DNA of 64,000 bases from Phoronis australis (GCA_002633005.1 NMRA01000299.1:310001-374000); one strand, 5' to 3'; counted from the first letter of the stretch, positions 22,311 through 35,945 are shown. Notes: a model not told the origin generated them from the sequence alone. Numbers and translations are program-made.

Positions 22311-25300
22311 CTATGAACAGAGAAAGAACATATAAAAGATGTGCGAAAAATTACAAGTACAAAATGATGCTTCCCATACATATCCCAAAAACAATTAACA
22401 AAATTGCTTTCTTAATTTTTTAAGGCCATATTTCTTGCAGAATGGCAAAAGTAAAAATTGTCAAATTGACTACCCAACTTAAAGAATGTAACATCTTCAA
22501 GCCTGTAAGCATGAAATTGATCTATTGCAAGCTCCGTCCCCATGTGAAAAGTTTTACATGACAACATGTTGCTTGTCTGGTAAAATGGCGGCTTGGAAAT
22601 GAAGGTGTGTCAAGAATGCTGCATTCTGATTGATCAGTTAAGCCGTCACTTAAAATCCTGGTGATAGGTCAATTACCAGATTAATAACAACAGCGATGTG
22701 GAACATTGAAATGCGCCCATGACTGCACAGCAAACGGTGTACGTCAAGGGGTGTTTATTTGTATCATAAATTTAATAAATATCCTGCAGAGGGTTTGGGA
22801 GATAGTCATAAGCACAAAAAATGCCACTAAGAGGCACCACAGTAGTCCAAGTTGTTCGAGAATCCTCATCAGCTGGCCTCTTCACAGTAGAAACCTACAC
22901 ACCAATTTTCAAAATCCTCCTCAGTGTCTGGTTGATAGAGGGGCAGATGCCAAAAATGAATACTAGATGGCGTAACATATGTCGAATCCATTCGAACACA
23001 GGAACATGTCATCATTTCTTTAATAAAAGCTATTTATTAAATGGCACGCAAATCCGTGGAGAAACTTCGGAGAAACAGTGGAATACAGAAAAACTAAAAT
23101 TGCCACTAGGGGGCACAGCGTTCGTCAGATCAGCCTGAAAATCGTCATCTTCCGTTGTCAACTTCATATAAATACACTTGGTAGATTTAACAAAGATCCT
23201 GCAGAGGGTTTAGGAGATATAGCCATCACCCTTCAAGTGGTTTGGTAGACAGTGGGGCGAATGCCAAAAACAGACTTGAAAAGAGTATACATGGCCACTA
23301 AGTGGTGCAAAATACCTCGAATTCATACGAAAATGGGAGGATAGCGCCACCTCATTAATAGATACCTATCTGCAAAATTTTATGAAAACTCGTTGAGGAC
23401 CTCTGAAGATACAGAGATAAATGTAAAAAAAATGTCACTAGGGGGCACAACAGTAGTCCAATCCGTCCGAAAGTCGTCGTCGTCTGTTTTCAACTTCATA
23501 TAAATACACTTGCTAAATTTGATAAAGACCCTACAGAGCGTTTAGGAGATACAGACAGGTGCAAAAACAAACAAAGCTGCCACTAGGAGGCGCCACAGCA
23601 GTCAAAGTTGTCGGAACATCATTGCCAGCTACCCTCTTCACAGTAAGAACACATACGCCAATTTTCACTATCATCTTTGGTGGTTTGGTTGATAGATGGG
23701 TGGACGCCAAAAAACAGACTCGAAAACAGTATACATGGCCACTAGGTGGTGAAAAACACCTCAAATCCATCTGAAAACAGGGTAATAGAGTCATCTCACT
23801 GATAGATGCTTATTTGCCACATTTTATGAAAATCCGTTGAGGAAGTCCGAAGATAAAGACGTAAACGCAAAAAACTTAAATTCTACTAGGAGGCACACCG
23901 GTAGTCAGATAGGACCGAAATATGTCGTCATCTGTCGTAAGCTTCATATGAACACATCTGCCAAATCTCATCAAGATCCTATGAGGGTTTAGGAAATACA
24001 GTTGCGAACACCGGATGCCCAGATAGAGATGACAGCAATATGTGCCCACATATGAATATGTAGGTCTATAATAATCCCAAAGCTCGACAATTTCTGCACA
24101 TCTTCACTTACCACCCATCATTGGCATTGGCCCGGGTGGGCCCATCATCATGGGCATTGGGCCTCCCGGTCCCGGCATTGGGCCAGGTCCACCGCCAGGA
24201 GGACCGGGTGGTTTACCACCTGCAAAGAAACCAAGGTGGTGACAGCAAAAACTGACTAAGGTTAAATGTGACCTAAATTTAAACAAATGAACGGTGCTCC
24301 GACACCATCAGTAAAGTCTTACCAATGCCAACTTTTTATTTTTAATGAAACATGGCAAAAAACACAGAACAAGCACCTTGTTTTCACGCTGAAAGAATAA
24401 TGGTGATTTTGTTTCAAAGAAGTTACAAGACGTTCGATAGCCCCCATAGTGGTCCTGGCTCTGCTATGCTCCTGGCTTGCCTGAGAGTTGATAAATGGAA
24501 CTGGTTTCGAATACCTTTTTGTGAGCTATACACAAGTGGTTGTCAGACAGTTTCATGGGACTTGAACACAGAAGGTTGTAGTTAGGGAGGGTGCTATTAA
24601 TGAGAACTAAATGTGAGTGTTAAACAAAGAGTCTGGTTGCAGATGCATGACTTTATTGACACAACAGAACACCACTGCTACAATGTTTGCAAGTGTATAT
24701 AGTCATCCATCTCCGACTCTCTGTTTAACAAATCACAAAAAGCAATTATGGAAAGAAGTACATGTAAATGGTTACTGTAACAGTGATTTATTGCTTCATC
24801 TCAACTTACCAGCTAAACTGGCTGGGGGAGGGATCATGGCCCCACCAGGACCAGGCTGTCCAGGGCCACCCTGGAATGGGTTGTTGTTTATTTTTCCAGC
24901 TTTGAATGCTGCAGCTGTAAAAGACAAATAGATGTGAGAAGAATGTTTAATAGAGGACTCAACACTGAAATGAACACAGGCTTGTCAAAAATTGAGTCAA
25001 TCGCTTAACACACATAGTCTGTGTGTTAATGAATTCAAAATGACTCATGACATAATGCAGGGCTTGGAATGACCAATGACAAAAAAACGCGGAAACTTTG
25101 AAACTTTTACGGCCCAAATCATGCCCGATAAACAGTCTTGAAATGGTCAATGTGAACCTTTCCCCGACAAAAATCGGGAGGACTAAAAAAAAACGTTACC
25201 ACCATCAGTAGCATGCGTCTGCGTCATTTTAGCTCGCCCGTCCACTCCCAACCCACACATTTTTGGCTGCAGAGCGGTAGTATTTGCCGCCGCGCTTATC

Positions 25301-28300
25301 AATAACACGAGACGCCATTGAAAATCACACCACGCTGTCCCAGATGCCCCGGCAATGTTGACAATTTACGTTCCTCCGAAACATAAAGAGCAACTTTCGC
25401 TTTTCGAGGTGAACGTCGTCTGCAACGCCGCGGTAAGAAAGGAATTTGCCGCGGAAATTTTATATCAAATCCGATTTTTTTACGCGGAAATATTATAAAA
25501 AAAGCGGAAAGCACATTTGAAAAAAGCGGAAATCCGCGTTTCCGCGGAAAATTCTAAGCCCTGATAATGAAACTTTAAAGACATAGTTTCACACCAAAAC
25601 AACAGTTGCTGCTTTTCAAAACAAATAACTCCACTGTGTTAAACTGATGCACAGGGCAGTTCTTGTCTGCACAGCTTGGTTAATGAGAAAAGCACAGCAG
25701 TAATGACCTTATCCCACTTCAGCCCAGTCAGTTCTGAGAACAGGCATATGTGGTTACACCAGCGTCTGTGATGTCAGACCAGGCAGACAGCTGTGTACTG
25801 CAATGGCTACAAGCAGTCAACCCTCCAAAATTTTGCTTGCTTCATATGATAATTCTTTTCAACTCCATTTTTTGGCATAACTAAATTGTGTTTTGCCAAC
25901 GAGATGTAAAGACCAGTGTATCACAGATAATCAGGCCTAATACAAAATATTAGTTTTCATTTTTTTTCATTTCAGCCGTGAGTAAGAAGGGTGTCACCTT
26001 TTAATTTAACCACGTATATAATTGAAATTTGAGTGGAAGTGGCAATATGAATTACAAAAACACTTGAATCGGAAGTCTTCTGAACTTGGTTTTTTAAATT
26101 CATGTGTTAATCTATTGAAATAATAATAAACCCAAGAAATATTACCTGAAGATGCCACTGAACATATTAATTCAGCCGTTCATTATGTCAAGTTGATTTT
26201 ATCATGCTTTAGTCACTGAGTCATAGAAATCAAAGAACAAATCAGAGAACGATTATCATTTAATCCACAGTTCAAATTAAAATCAAGTGTTTTTAGTCGG
26301 AATTATATATTTGGTTTCTACAGTGAAAGACTTTCAAGGTAGTTGAAGGTTACCGCTAAGTCAAAACTGAAATAATCTCAGTACAGTAAAGTTCATATGT
26401 AAGCCAATCTTTTACCAAAATAAGTATAATATAACTTAGAATACAAAGTATTTTAGAACAACACGACAAATTTACATGATATGAAAGTGGATATGCCTAC
26501 TATCACCATGGCGACCAGATGTTTCCTTAAACTAAAATTCGACAAGTATGATTTGAAAAAACAAGAAGTTGCATGGAAAAAGGATTGGAGGCTGGAAGCT
26601 TCACAATCCAACATGGCCTATTACTCTAATTAAGAGCCTTTACATTTTGTTGCCTTGATAACTTGAATTTAGAAAGCAAAAAGTTACAACGCATGTATTA
26701 AAAAAAGATTCATACGCAAAATTTAGAAAAATATAAATTATGTTGTGACACATAATCAAACCTCAAAGAAAAAACGATTTCAAATCTTTTTAGACTATTG
26801 AGTGTATGGTCAATTGAATGGGATATTCACACAATAATTAGAGGATTCCTTATATTTTTTTGCACAAAATAATAGCCATTGTGCAAAGTTGCTCTTTTTA
26901 TAGCAGCTTTCATCAAAATGTATCAAAGTTAAATCTTCACCAAGCACAAAATAGCCGACTGAACATGCCCTTCAGTTCAGCGTAAGTCACTATGTTGTCA
27001 GTACTGCCAGAAATGAGACGGGAATTGTGAGCACTTTTATCACTCAATAAGTAACATGTGCCGGGCTGAAATCTAGTGAAAACTATTGAATCACTCAAAA
27101 TAGCAGGTATAGATATTTCTCACTTAATTTCATTGTAAAATAATGATGAAAATAATTTATACACGGTTTTAAACTCGTAACTTATGCCGCTGTTGTCCAA
27201 GATGGCTGACGTGATCCAAACAAATGACCCAAATTTTGCCACCAAAATTGCGATACATTTGCACAGCTTAACCCGATTTTGATAATTTTTCAATTTTTTA
27301 TTGAGTGGGATGCATTATCTTTCCGATTATATTGAAGATGCAAATCGAAAAAAATTGGTTGGACAGCCCTACTCTTACTATTCATTCGTCCAGCTAGTGA
27401 TCGACTAGGCTAAAAATCAATGGATTGCAACGACAGGTAACGAGCATCAAGCTATTCAGCACATCCACCTACAAACACTTACCAGTATGTTGCAAAAAAT
27501 GTAATTCAAAAGAAAAGCAATCTATTGGCTACTTCTAGCACTAATACTGTCCAACTGTCCGTCGATACTATCCGCCATTCTGAATGTTAAGTTCAATACT
27601 AGCTCAAGGCCCACTAGCTTCTGTAAAGCGATGACATGTACCGTTTCGAATACTCTCTAAAGTTCACTCATCCTGGTTTACAACTATACTCTGATTGCAT
27701 GCTGTCATTCACGAAGCAGTCCATAGAAATATGTTTCCTACATACTACAGAATACGGCAACGCTCCACTCGTGGACTTCGCAAAGTCTTCTCACTTGCGA
27801 CACAGTCTTGGATCAGTGGGAAACTTGTGCAAAGATACCCCAGCCCTTGGCGTATTGCCCCAGCCTCCAACTACACAACAGTCGGGCATTCTTCTTCAAA
27901 TATTCATTCCAGTTTAAATCTAAAAATCCGTCTAAATTTGAAAAAAAAAAGTTCTCCTCTTGGCACACAGCAATGGACACTGTGGACAGGCTCGGCAATG
28001 ATCGGGTCACGTCCCCTTTCGTAACCTGTTGTGACGTTTTTCCGAAGACAGCTGAAGTTGGAAAAGTTTGTGGTCACAAAATTTTTTGGGGAAGTGTGAG
28101 GGTTTTTTAAACGAATTTTAGACGAATATGGGGTATGAAATAAAAAGAAATACATATTAACTACAACTAAATAGCTTTGTACTAATCTCTTTATAATTCT
28201 TTTGTCAGTAACAGAGAAAGTCTGGGAAAACCAACCGGGAGCCATTGTTCCAGAAATGGAAGTGAAGTGTTAGTTTGCTTTAATTCACGTCTGGATTTTT

Positions 28301-31300
28301 GTTACACAAATTGATATTTGCCATTGAGTGAAATGGGATTCTAAAGGCAATTGTCATACTACTGACACAAGACTAGCAATCAAGAAACGGCAGTGAAAAT
28401 AGCCGAGTTGACAAAGCAATATGTTTAAACTAATATGAAGACGTTTGTAACGAACTGTAGAAAGCAGCTCAAAGCACTCGTATCATTAATGTGTTGTCTT
28501 TGAGTTTACTCATCTCCAAAAACCGTGAAACAAATTTTTCCAATCATGACATTTTGTGAGGCTTTTGGGAAAAAGGTAAAATCATTGTTCTGTGCACTCT
28601 TTCTTTTATGTTTTTAAGTAGTGACACGTAGCTTCAAAATGATATGGCAACCAAACATGATGTTTTTGTCTGACCTTAAAATGTTCTTCATTAAAATTCA
28701 CTGTTTGTTTAAAATCACTCGAAACATCTTTTAACATGAACTCAAAATGTCACTGTTAGTCTGTCAGAGATAACAATATATGCCTACATATATCTAAGTT
28801 GGCAGACAAAAAATTAGGTGTGGGAATTCACCGTAAAATGGGTGTTTAAATCAGTCAGTTATGGAATTAAGTAACTGGAAGGCAAAATACATTCAAACCA
28901 ACAAGTAAACAGCCATACAATATCATCATCGAACACTTATTCACTGAGACTTACTCGTTTCATCAACCAACTTCTGTACTTGTTCTTCTAACCATTTCTG
29001 GTAGTATGATCGCACATTTTCTTTGTGCTTGCGACCACTGCAATGTGTTTTTCTTACCGAGGGCTGAAAACAGAGCAGCAGTAATGGCGAGATTAATAAA
29101 ATAATGAATTTAAACAAATCAGCATTCAATAGACAAGCTCCCAGGTTTCTACGCTCCATACACATGTTGGGTGAGGATGTGAGGATATAACACCTAATCT
29201 CATCAACAGCTAAGAACATTTATTTCAAGCAAAGAGTAAGTGCACTGTTTTGCACCAGAGCCTCGCAATCCTCCACACCTAGCTAGATGGACTACGCAAC
29301 ATGTACCTGAATTTAGCAACTCCATCGAGTGCCTATTTTATGGAGAACATTAGATCCAATTAACAAATTGCAATTGTGACCCTGAAAGTTTTTTTTTTTT
29401 CACTGTGATATATATTTATTGAAGGATACACAGAACATACAAAGAAATAATAACAAACCCAGAAACCGTGAAGCATTATACCTGGGTTGTAAACAATTCA
29501 TAAATGAAACTTATATACATAGAGGTATATACAATTAAGTGGTATCTAACATAAGTATTCCAATACTTAGACATGCTATTACAGATATATAAAAACAAAA
29601 ATATGTACAGATTCATGTAGGGAAATCATATGCAACAATATTGATAAACGGTACATAAAAATTTGCTAACGTTGCTTAGGAGGAATTCGTTGAGAACAAA
29701 GTGAAGGTTAGGACTACCATTCAGTAATAATGTAACTCTAGTAGGGATATTATTACAAGAATTGAGAGCGTTTACAATTGACTGGTTATCATTGAGTGCA
29801 CGAAAGAGCGAGTCTCTCAGGGATTCGATGAGGGGACATTTGAAGAAAATATGAGGATAAGATTGATGGTCACCACATTTACAGTTTGGAGAGACATTAC
29901 TAAAGTTGAAAGTTGACTAAGTGTTATGCAATTCTAATACGACTAACAAAGCTTACCGAATCATGAGTCAAGTATGTGTCACAATAGTCACAGTAATACC
30001 TGAAAATAACAAAGCATCAGCTTTAAATACAATTGAAAGATCTCGAGGCTTCCGCAATGTGACCTTGTACGGATCCTCAGTATAACTAACAAAGGAAAAT
30101 AACATCTGCAGAGAATTTATTGATCCCCACCAAATTCTAGCAAAGGCCACCTGCCTGAATAAAAACTCATAAATTGCATGGAACAGTAACGGCATGTTGG
30201 AAATTTCACTAGGGCAATAAAATAAATTTAGTCATGCAATTGATAGTATAGTTTATTCATTAAGGTCTCCCTTTTTTGTTAAATTTTAATAACACAAATC
30301 ACATTCAAAGGTTTCCTATATTCAGAAAATACATTTACGGAAGACATCTTACTTATCGCAGACTTGCTAAAGCTTAAATTATTGGGAACCATTTTTCTTC
30401 ATATTTATTGCTAATTGTGACTTGGGAATTTCAAATCATAACTTCAGAAGATAAATAATTCAGAGCAAAAAAGTAAGCTTTGCAAAAAGCAGTGGCTTCA
30501 ACTGTACCATCCTAAACTGCATACTTGAATCAGGAGCTCTCACCTAAAGACCAAGACCCTAAGATCCAAGAGGTTTTTTTGGGCATGAAAAGGTAACCGA
30601 TTTTCTTTGATACCACAGTGAACCATGGGTATCCCAATGCTAGGAAATGGACATTTGGCAGGTTCGATCTGGTGGGTGTGGTCACCATGATAACGACACT
30701 CAAAGACTGAGCTAAATCAACTTTTTTGGTAACCACTTAGAAATACCTGCGACACCTACTGCTCAATTCACTGTATCAAAATTATTCACTACCAGACAAT
30801 TTCAGTGGTGGGTTACCCCTGCCAGATAAAGATGAGGTCCCATAAAATTGGCTGCAAAATATTCAACAGAACCCCATGTATCATGAATGAACACTGCCAG
30901 ACAAATTCAGTGGTGGGTTAACCCTGCCAAACACACCCAGACCTCAGAGTTGAGCTTGACCAACCTACCAAGAAACCAGTTGAAACCAAGTGCAATGTGT
31001 TCCACATCACTCCACAGGTGACAACTACTACATGCAGACAATCTCAGCGGTGGAATAATTCTGCCGAACAAAAATAAAGCGTCAAAGCTCGAAACAATAT
31101 TAGCCATAAGGCGTGTGTACACTGAATGAATACAGTACGAGACCTACAATGGTGGAGTAGTTGGACCAATCACTTCCATTTTCGAAGCCAAAACAGCTGG
31201 GCACTATACTATACGTAAAAAGTGGGAGATGTTCGTCTACAAATTTATCGTTTACACGTTCACTAAATTCTAAGGTTGGCACTTTTTCCCGGGCAACATT

Positions 31301-34300
31301 TGGGAACCCCATCATTTTTTTGTCTAGCAGAGACACCCCACTATTGAAATTGTCTAGCATGTAACGGTTGTGCGATGTGCAGTCATCCTGAACAATACGT
31401 AGTTGGCTTCAACTGCTTACGATACCTGGTGGGTTGATCTAGCTCAACTTTGAGGTTTAGGGTATGTCTGGCAGGTTTATCCCAACACTGGATTTGTCTA
31501 GCAGTGTTATTTCACGATACATTGGGTTATGTTGAATATTTTGTAACCGATGTTATGCGGTTACTCCTTGGGTTGATCTAGCTCAATTTTGGGACTTCAT
31601 TACTATTATCTGGCAGAGGCACCCCACCACTGAAATTGTCTGAAACACAACTGCTTCGCCGTGTCAAGTGATGCTGGATGTTATACAGTTGGTTTCAACC
31701 GGTTACCTGGTGGGTTGAGCTAGCTCAATTTGGGCGTGTCTGGTGAGGGTAATCCACCACTGAATTTGTCTGGCAGTGTTCATTCATTGGTCTATGATGA
31801 TCAATTTGTAGCCAATTTCATGCGGTTACCTCTTGGGTTGATCAAGCTCAATTTTGGGACCACATTATTCTTTATCTGTCAGGGGTACCCCCACCACTGA
31901 AATTGTCTGGCAGTGGATAATTTTGATACAGTGAATTGAGTAGTACGCGTCGCAGGTATTTTTAATTGGTTACCAGAAAAGTTGATCTAGCTCAATTTTT
32001 GAGTGTCATTCACATGGCCTCCCTGACAACACCCACCAGAGCGAACCTGCCAGATAGCCATTTCTAGCATTGGGATACTCAAGGATCACTGTGGTATCAA
32101 AGAACATTGGTTACCTTTTCATGCCCAAAAAACCTCTGAGATTCCGGTCTACTAGCAGTCATACCTCGTTGTCTCTTAAATTTGATCAAAGCCGCATGAA
32201 AGCCATTGCTACCACCAAACACATCACTTTAAAACACTGCTATTTCTCAATCTTATGACTCAGTGTCTAACATTTTCAACATAAATATCATTTTAAATAC
32301 AGGTTCTCATGAACCCAGTAAGGGCTGTTCCAGCAAAATCTGTATGGGAGGGGGGGAAGGCACTTTTATTTCGTACCCACCGCCCATAATTTTCATTTAT
32401 TTCTCCAACCCATGACCCATAATTTTTTAATTATTTTTAATAGGTTAAAATATAAAATCCAACACTTGCAAACAAATTGCCTCCAGGAGGACCTGTTAAG
32501 AACTTAGATGATTGACAGACAAGAACTAGTTGTCTTGTCCAATATTGTCAAAAATTAGAGTAGCCTGTGAACAATACTTTTGGCAGCCACCAGGTGTCTC
32601 TGTTCACCATGTGTCTATAATTTCAATGAACATTTTTTCAATTATAAGGATCTATGAATCTCAAACTGTCTCCACAAACTCTTTTATACTTCTATGTCAA
32701 GTGAATATTGGAACTTGTTTATCTTACTCCTCATACTTTTTATTTAAAAATCATCAATTTTCTTATATGTGTTAACACCAGTTTAGTGTTGCATAACTTT
32801 TCAATTCAATAGGACTGCAGACAAGCACTTGGCTCAAATCAAGTTGCCCAGGACTTGATTAATGGCTTAGTGAACATATTGCACTCTGTTCACTGGCAAT
32901 ATGAGCTTTTTTGTATTGGGATAAGTTGGGATATATGCCAATCGTATTTCTTTAGTTTTGATTTCTTTGGAGATGTGTTGGCTGAATTAACCAACCTGTC
33001 AATGTTAACAGATCAAAAAATACCATCCATTTTTAATGCATCACTTCTTACAGGAACGACCACCCATAATTTGAGTTTTTTTCTGAAGACCACCACCCAT
33101 GAAATTTTATTTCTACTGCCGTCCCCCCCTCCCACACGGATTTTACTGGAACAGCCCTAAGTCATTTAATGAAAGCAAGCATTTTCCAGAGAACGTCTTA
33201 TTCCAGACGCCATTTGATCAGAGCAATTCTACCGTAAATTGGATGACGTGATTGGAGAAAGTTAACCTACTGACCTAGTTTTTACTACAAAGCCATTGAG
33301 AGACAAAAGCAAACTTTAAGATCTTATTCTGGGGTAAGCGAAAACAGACGAAGGAGTCGCGTTTTTGCAACTGGCCTTTTATAGACTGTGAAGGAAACAT
33401 GAACAGAACAGAAGATAATTACAATACTGTAATCAACATCATCCGTCCTTGGTCTTTCTGTGGTGTCTTGAAATTTGTCAGTTTTTTAGTTCCTCGGATG
33501 TTTGAATTATTTATACTGCTGATGGCAGGCTGCTGACAGTCTTTCAGTGTGCAATCAGGCCATCAGGGACGAGCATCTTGATTGGGTTTTAGTCAAGCAT
33601 GGATAGCTGTAGACAGCGACCACCGTGCTACTGGCACATACGACGGTGGAGCTCCTATAGGCACTTCATACGGCAGAAGCTTTTTGGCGAATTATGCCTT
33701 GCACTGACTAAAACATCAAAGTCACATTGATATAAATACCTTTTGCTCACAAATGGACACCTTAGCAGGCTGTCATGCATGTAACTCTTTCCAACTCAAA
33801 CAAACACTCCCATTATCAAACTTTTTCTTTGAGTAGTCCCTTGTTCAGTTCCCAAAATCCGTAACTCACCATTTTTAACACTGCGCACGCCAGGTAGTAT
33901 GACGTCATATCCCCTAGCACGCAATGTTAAAAAGGGTGAGTTATTAATTTTGGGAACTGAATGAGGGACTCCTCGAAGAAAAAGTTTGATAACGGGAGTA
34001 TTTGTTCGAGTTGGAAGGAATTAAATACATCGACAGCCTCTTAAGGTGTTCCTCTATGTGCAAAAGGTATTTATATGAAAGCAGCACTGATGTTTTAGTC
34101 AGTGCAAGGCATAATTCGCCAAAATTCTTCCAGCGTATGAAGAGCCTATCGGAACTTCACAGTCTCTGCTGCGGAGCCAGTGGAGACTGTGCTCACTTTC
34201 AAGGCTTGCCTCCCCCCCCCCGATTTTTAGATGCAGAATTTATCACTCTTTTAATTGATAATTATTTCATTTTCATAAATTCTGTCAAACTGTTGCGCAT

Positions 34301-35601
34301 TGGCACTTTTCAAACACCAATCGTTAGTTCACTAAATCGCTGCATGTCAGCACCACGAGCGGCTACATTGACGTCTAACGGCATCGCAACTTCGCCGTTC
34401 AAAATAAAGTTGTTACAAAGACTTTGTTGCGTAAATGATGAAATCCTTCATGTCAAGAGTAGTTTGTTTTCCCAAATGATCTTTTGTCTACTTTCTGAGG
34501 TTTTCCGCAACGACATGCTCTAATAGTACATGGGTGGTGACGCAGCACTGAAAAAAAGTGTGGGGGGGGCTTTAGACTCCCCCAGCCCCCTATCAGGCTA
34601 TGATGTGCTGCCCATGTAGTATTACTCAGGGGCATATCCAGGATTTTTAGTTAGGAGGAGGGGGGCACGGCAAAGTATGAGGTAGGATTTTACCCACAAG
34701 ATATTTGCACCCTTGAACTGCCAAATGAAATCTGAGAGTTTTAGGGGGGCCATGGTCGCCTTGCCCGCCCCCAAATTCACCAGTGTTATCTTGTGGTATG
34801 ATATGAAATTTCCTCGTAACTCAGGTGCATTTATTTCTAAGCTGATGTGTTGTCGTCGCTCTTTTCCTTTTAAGCTGTGTAATCCATTGTTTTCATCAAT
34901 CCTGTTCCATATGCTAACAACACACTTAAACAGCAATATCTCCACAGAATTCGGTCCAAATTGTACATAATATATAATACATACCACCATGTTTGTCTCA
35001 ATGAGACGAATCTTTTGATATGCGGCACATGCATATTCTTTTATTTTTTTACGAAATTATGTGGACAGGCAGATATTTTACGCATGATCGTCGCGTTTCA
35101 ACGGCCATTTTCTCGATAACTGCTCACCCAATTTTTATGATTTTTGTACCATTTCATTTCTCACACTAAGGGCTTTTCAAAAATGTATGACACTTGGGCA
35201 ATGTAAAAAAAAATTTAAAAACGTAGTTCTACACATCGAAAACCTCAGGTGTTCCTCTATGCGCAAAAGGTATTTATAACAACGTGACTTTGATGGTTTA
35301 GTCGGTGCGAGGCATAATTCGCCGAAAAAGCTTTTGGCGTACAGAGCGCCTATAGCCTCTGCATCACCTCTGGTTCGGGCCAACAGAGGCGATGGTCATT
35401 GCCTAACTCTGAGTCTGAGTTGACTGGATGGACAAGTTCACTCCAAATAGACAAAGCTTCAATTTAACTTTAATCTTGTCGTGAACACAGCGTGCGTACT
35501 TTTTATTTTGAGCCACGCCAGCACATATTTCGGTAAGTATGGTGACTGTTCCAAATAAAAAGAACAAAGGAAAGAGAAGAAGAAAAAACTTACTTCGGCA
35601 T
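22207..35601 (-). CDS. SNRPC: U1 small nuclear ribonucleoprotein C, complete gene span (6 coding exons, 477 nt, 158 aa)
   Basis: Spliced product [62 protein letters not shown]...Pro/Gly/Met-rich tail...GGPPQ*. All introns GT-AG and phase-compatible. Confidence 0.97.
22687..24074 (-). mobile_element. Helentron-associated (DINE-1/HINE-like) element, family 1
   Basis: Inverted copy of the family at 40648-41727 and 54221-57686. Internal ~150-bp subrepeats with CCACTAG(G/A)NGGC motifs. Confidence 0.7.
24112..24219 (-). CDS. SNRPC: SNRPC exon 5
   Basis: [35 protein letters not shown]. Confidence 0.93.
24810..24914 (-). CDS. SNRPC: SNRPC exon 4
   Basis: [34 protein letters not shown]. Confidence 0.95.
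25058..25563 (-). mobile_element. hAT-like MITE with 6-bp TSD
   Basis: CAGGGCTT...AAGCCCTG termini. TSD ATAATG at 25052-25057 and 25564-25569. Inverted copy at 56402-56901. Confidence 0.85.
27650..27889 (-). pseudogene. THAP domain remnant (transposase N-terminus, Kolobok-like)
   Basis: [35 protein letters not shown]...[13 protein letters not shown]. Confidence 0.65.
28955..29063 (-). CDS. SNRPC: SNRPC exon 3
   Basis: [36 protein letters not shown]. Confidence 0.97.
29389..29907 (-). mobile_element. CR1/L2-group LINE 3' fragment with poly(A) tail
   Basis: Reverse complement of ~18105-18660. T-run at 29389-29400. Confidence 0.85.
29957..29999 (-). CDS. SNRPC: SNRPC exon 2
   Basis: [14 protein letters not shown]; cag|...|gtaagc. 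Confidence 0.97.
30570..32136. mobile_element. Foldback DNA element with long (~400 bp) TIRs and internal subrepeats
   Basis: GAGGTTTTTT(T)GGGCATGAAAAGGTAACC... mirrored by ...GGTTACCTTTTCATGCCCAAAAAACCTC. Repeated CCACCACTGAAATTGTCTG and GGGTTGATCTAGCTCAA units. Confidence 0.75.
32322..33157. mobile_element. PIF/Harbinger MITE
   Basis: TIR GGGCTGTTCCAG(C/T)AAAATC. TAA TSD at 32319-32321 and 33158-33160. Confidence 0.85.
33640..34150. mobile_element. Diverged foldback copy of the family at 36089-37025
   Basis: Two inverted arms (~33640-33890 and ~33915-34150). A further single arm lies at ~35235-35405. Confidence 0.7.
35594..35601 (-). CDS. SNRPC: SNRPC exon 1 coding part (ATGCCGAA)
   Basis: ATG CCG AA|gtaagt. 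Confidence 0.9.
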
Positions 35602-35854
35602 GCTTTTATCGAGGCTTTTTTCTCACAACTTGGGTGAGACACACAGACAGACAAACTATTTGTCTCAGAGCTAAAGATGTAACATATATTGTAACGGAAA
35701 AGTATTCAAAATAAATGAAAGACTGACAAGGATTACTGCTTTTTGTGCTTTGTGCTATATTTTTATTTCAAAACTACAAATTGAAGCAAAAACTTTTGTT
35801 GACGACCTTAACACACTCGAGTACCTCGAGAGTATTTTGTAATAGAGAGCATAA
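35602..35854. promoter_or_regulatory. Bidirectional promoter and 5' UTRs of SNRPC and NUP160
   Basis: Start codons diverge ~255 bp apart. ACTACAA motif at ~35773. YY1-like AAAATGGCGGC at the NUP160 start. Confidence 0.75.
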
Positions 35855-35945
35855 ATGAAAATGGCGGCAACTAGCATGGGATTTCGAGAAGTTGGTTATA
35901 CAGCGAACACGGCTCGATCGTGGCGAGAAATTAGTGTTACTGTCG
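35855..35945 (+). CDS. NUP160: NUP160 exon 1 (ATG at 35855 or 35861)
   Basis: MKMAATSMGFREVGYTANTARSWREISVTV|gtagg. Confidence 0.8.
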
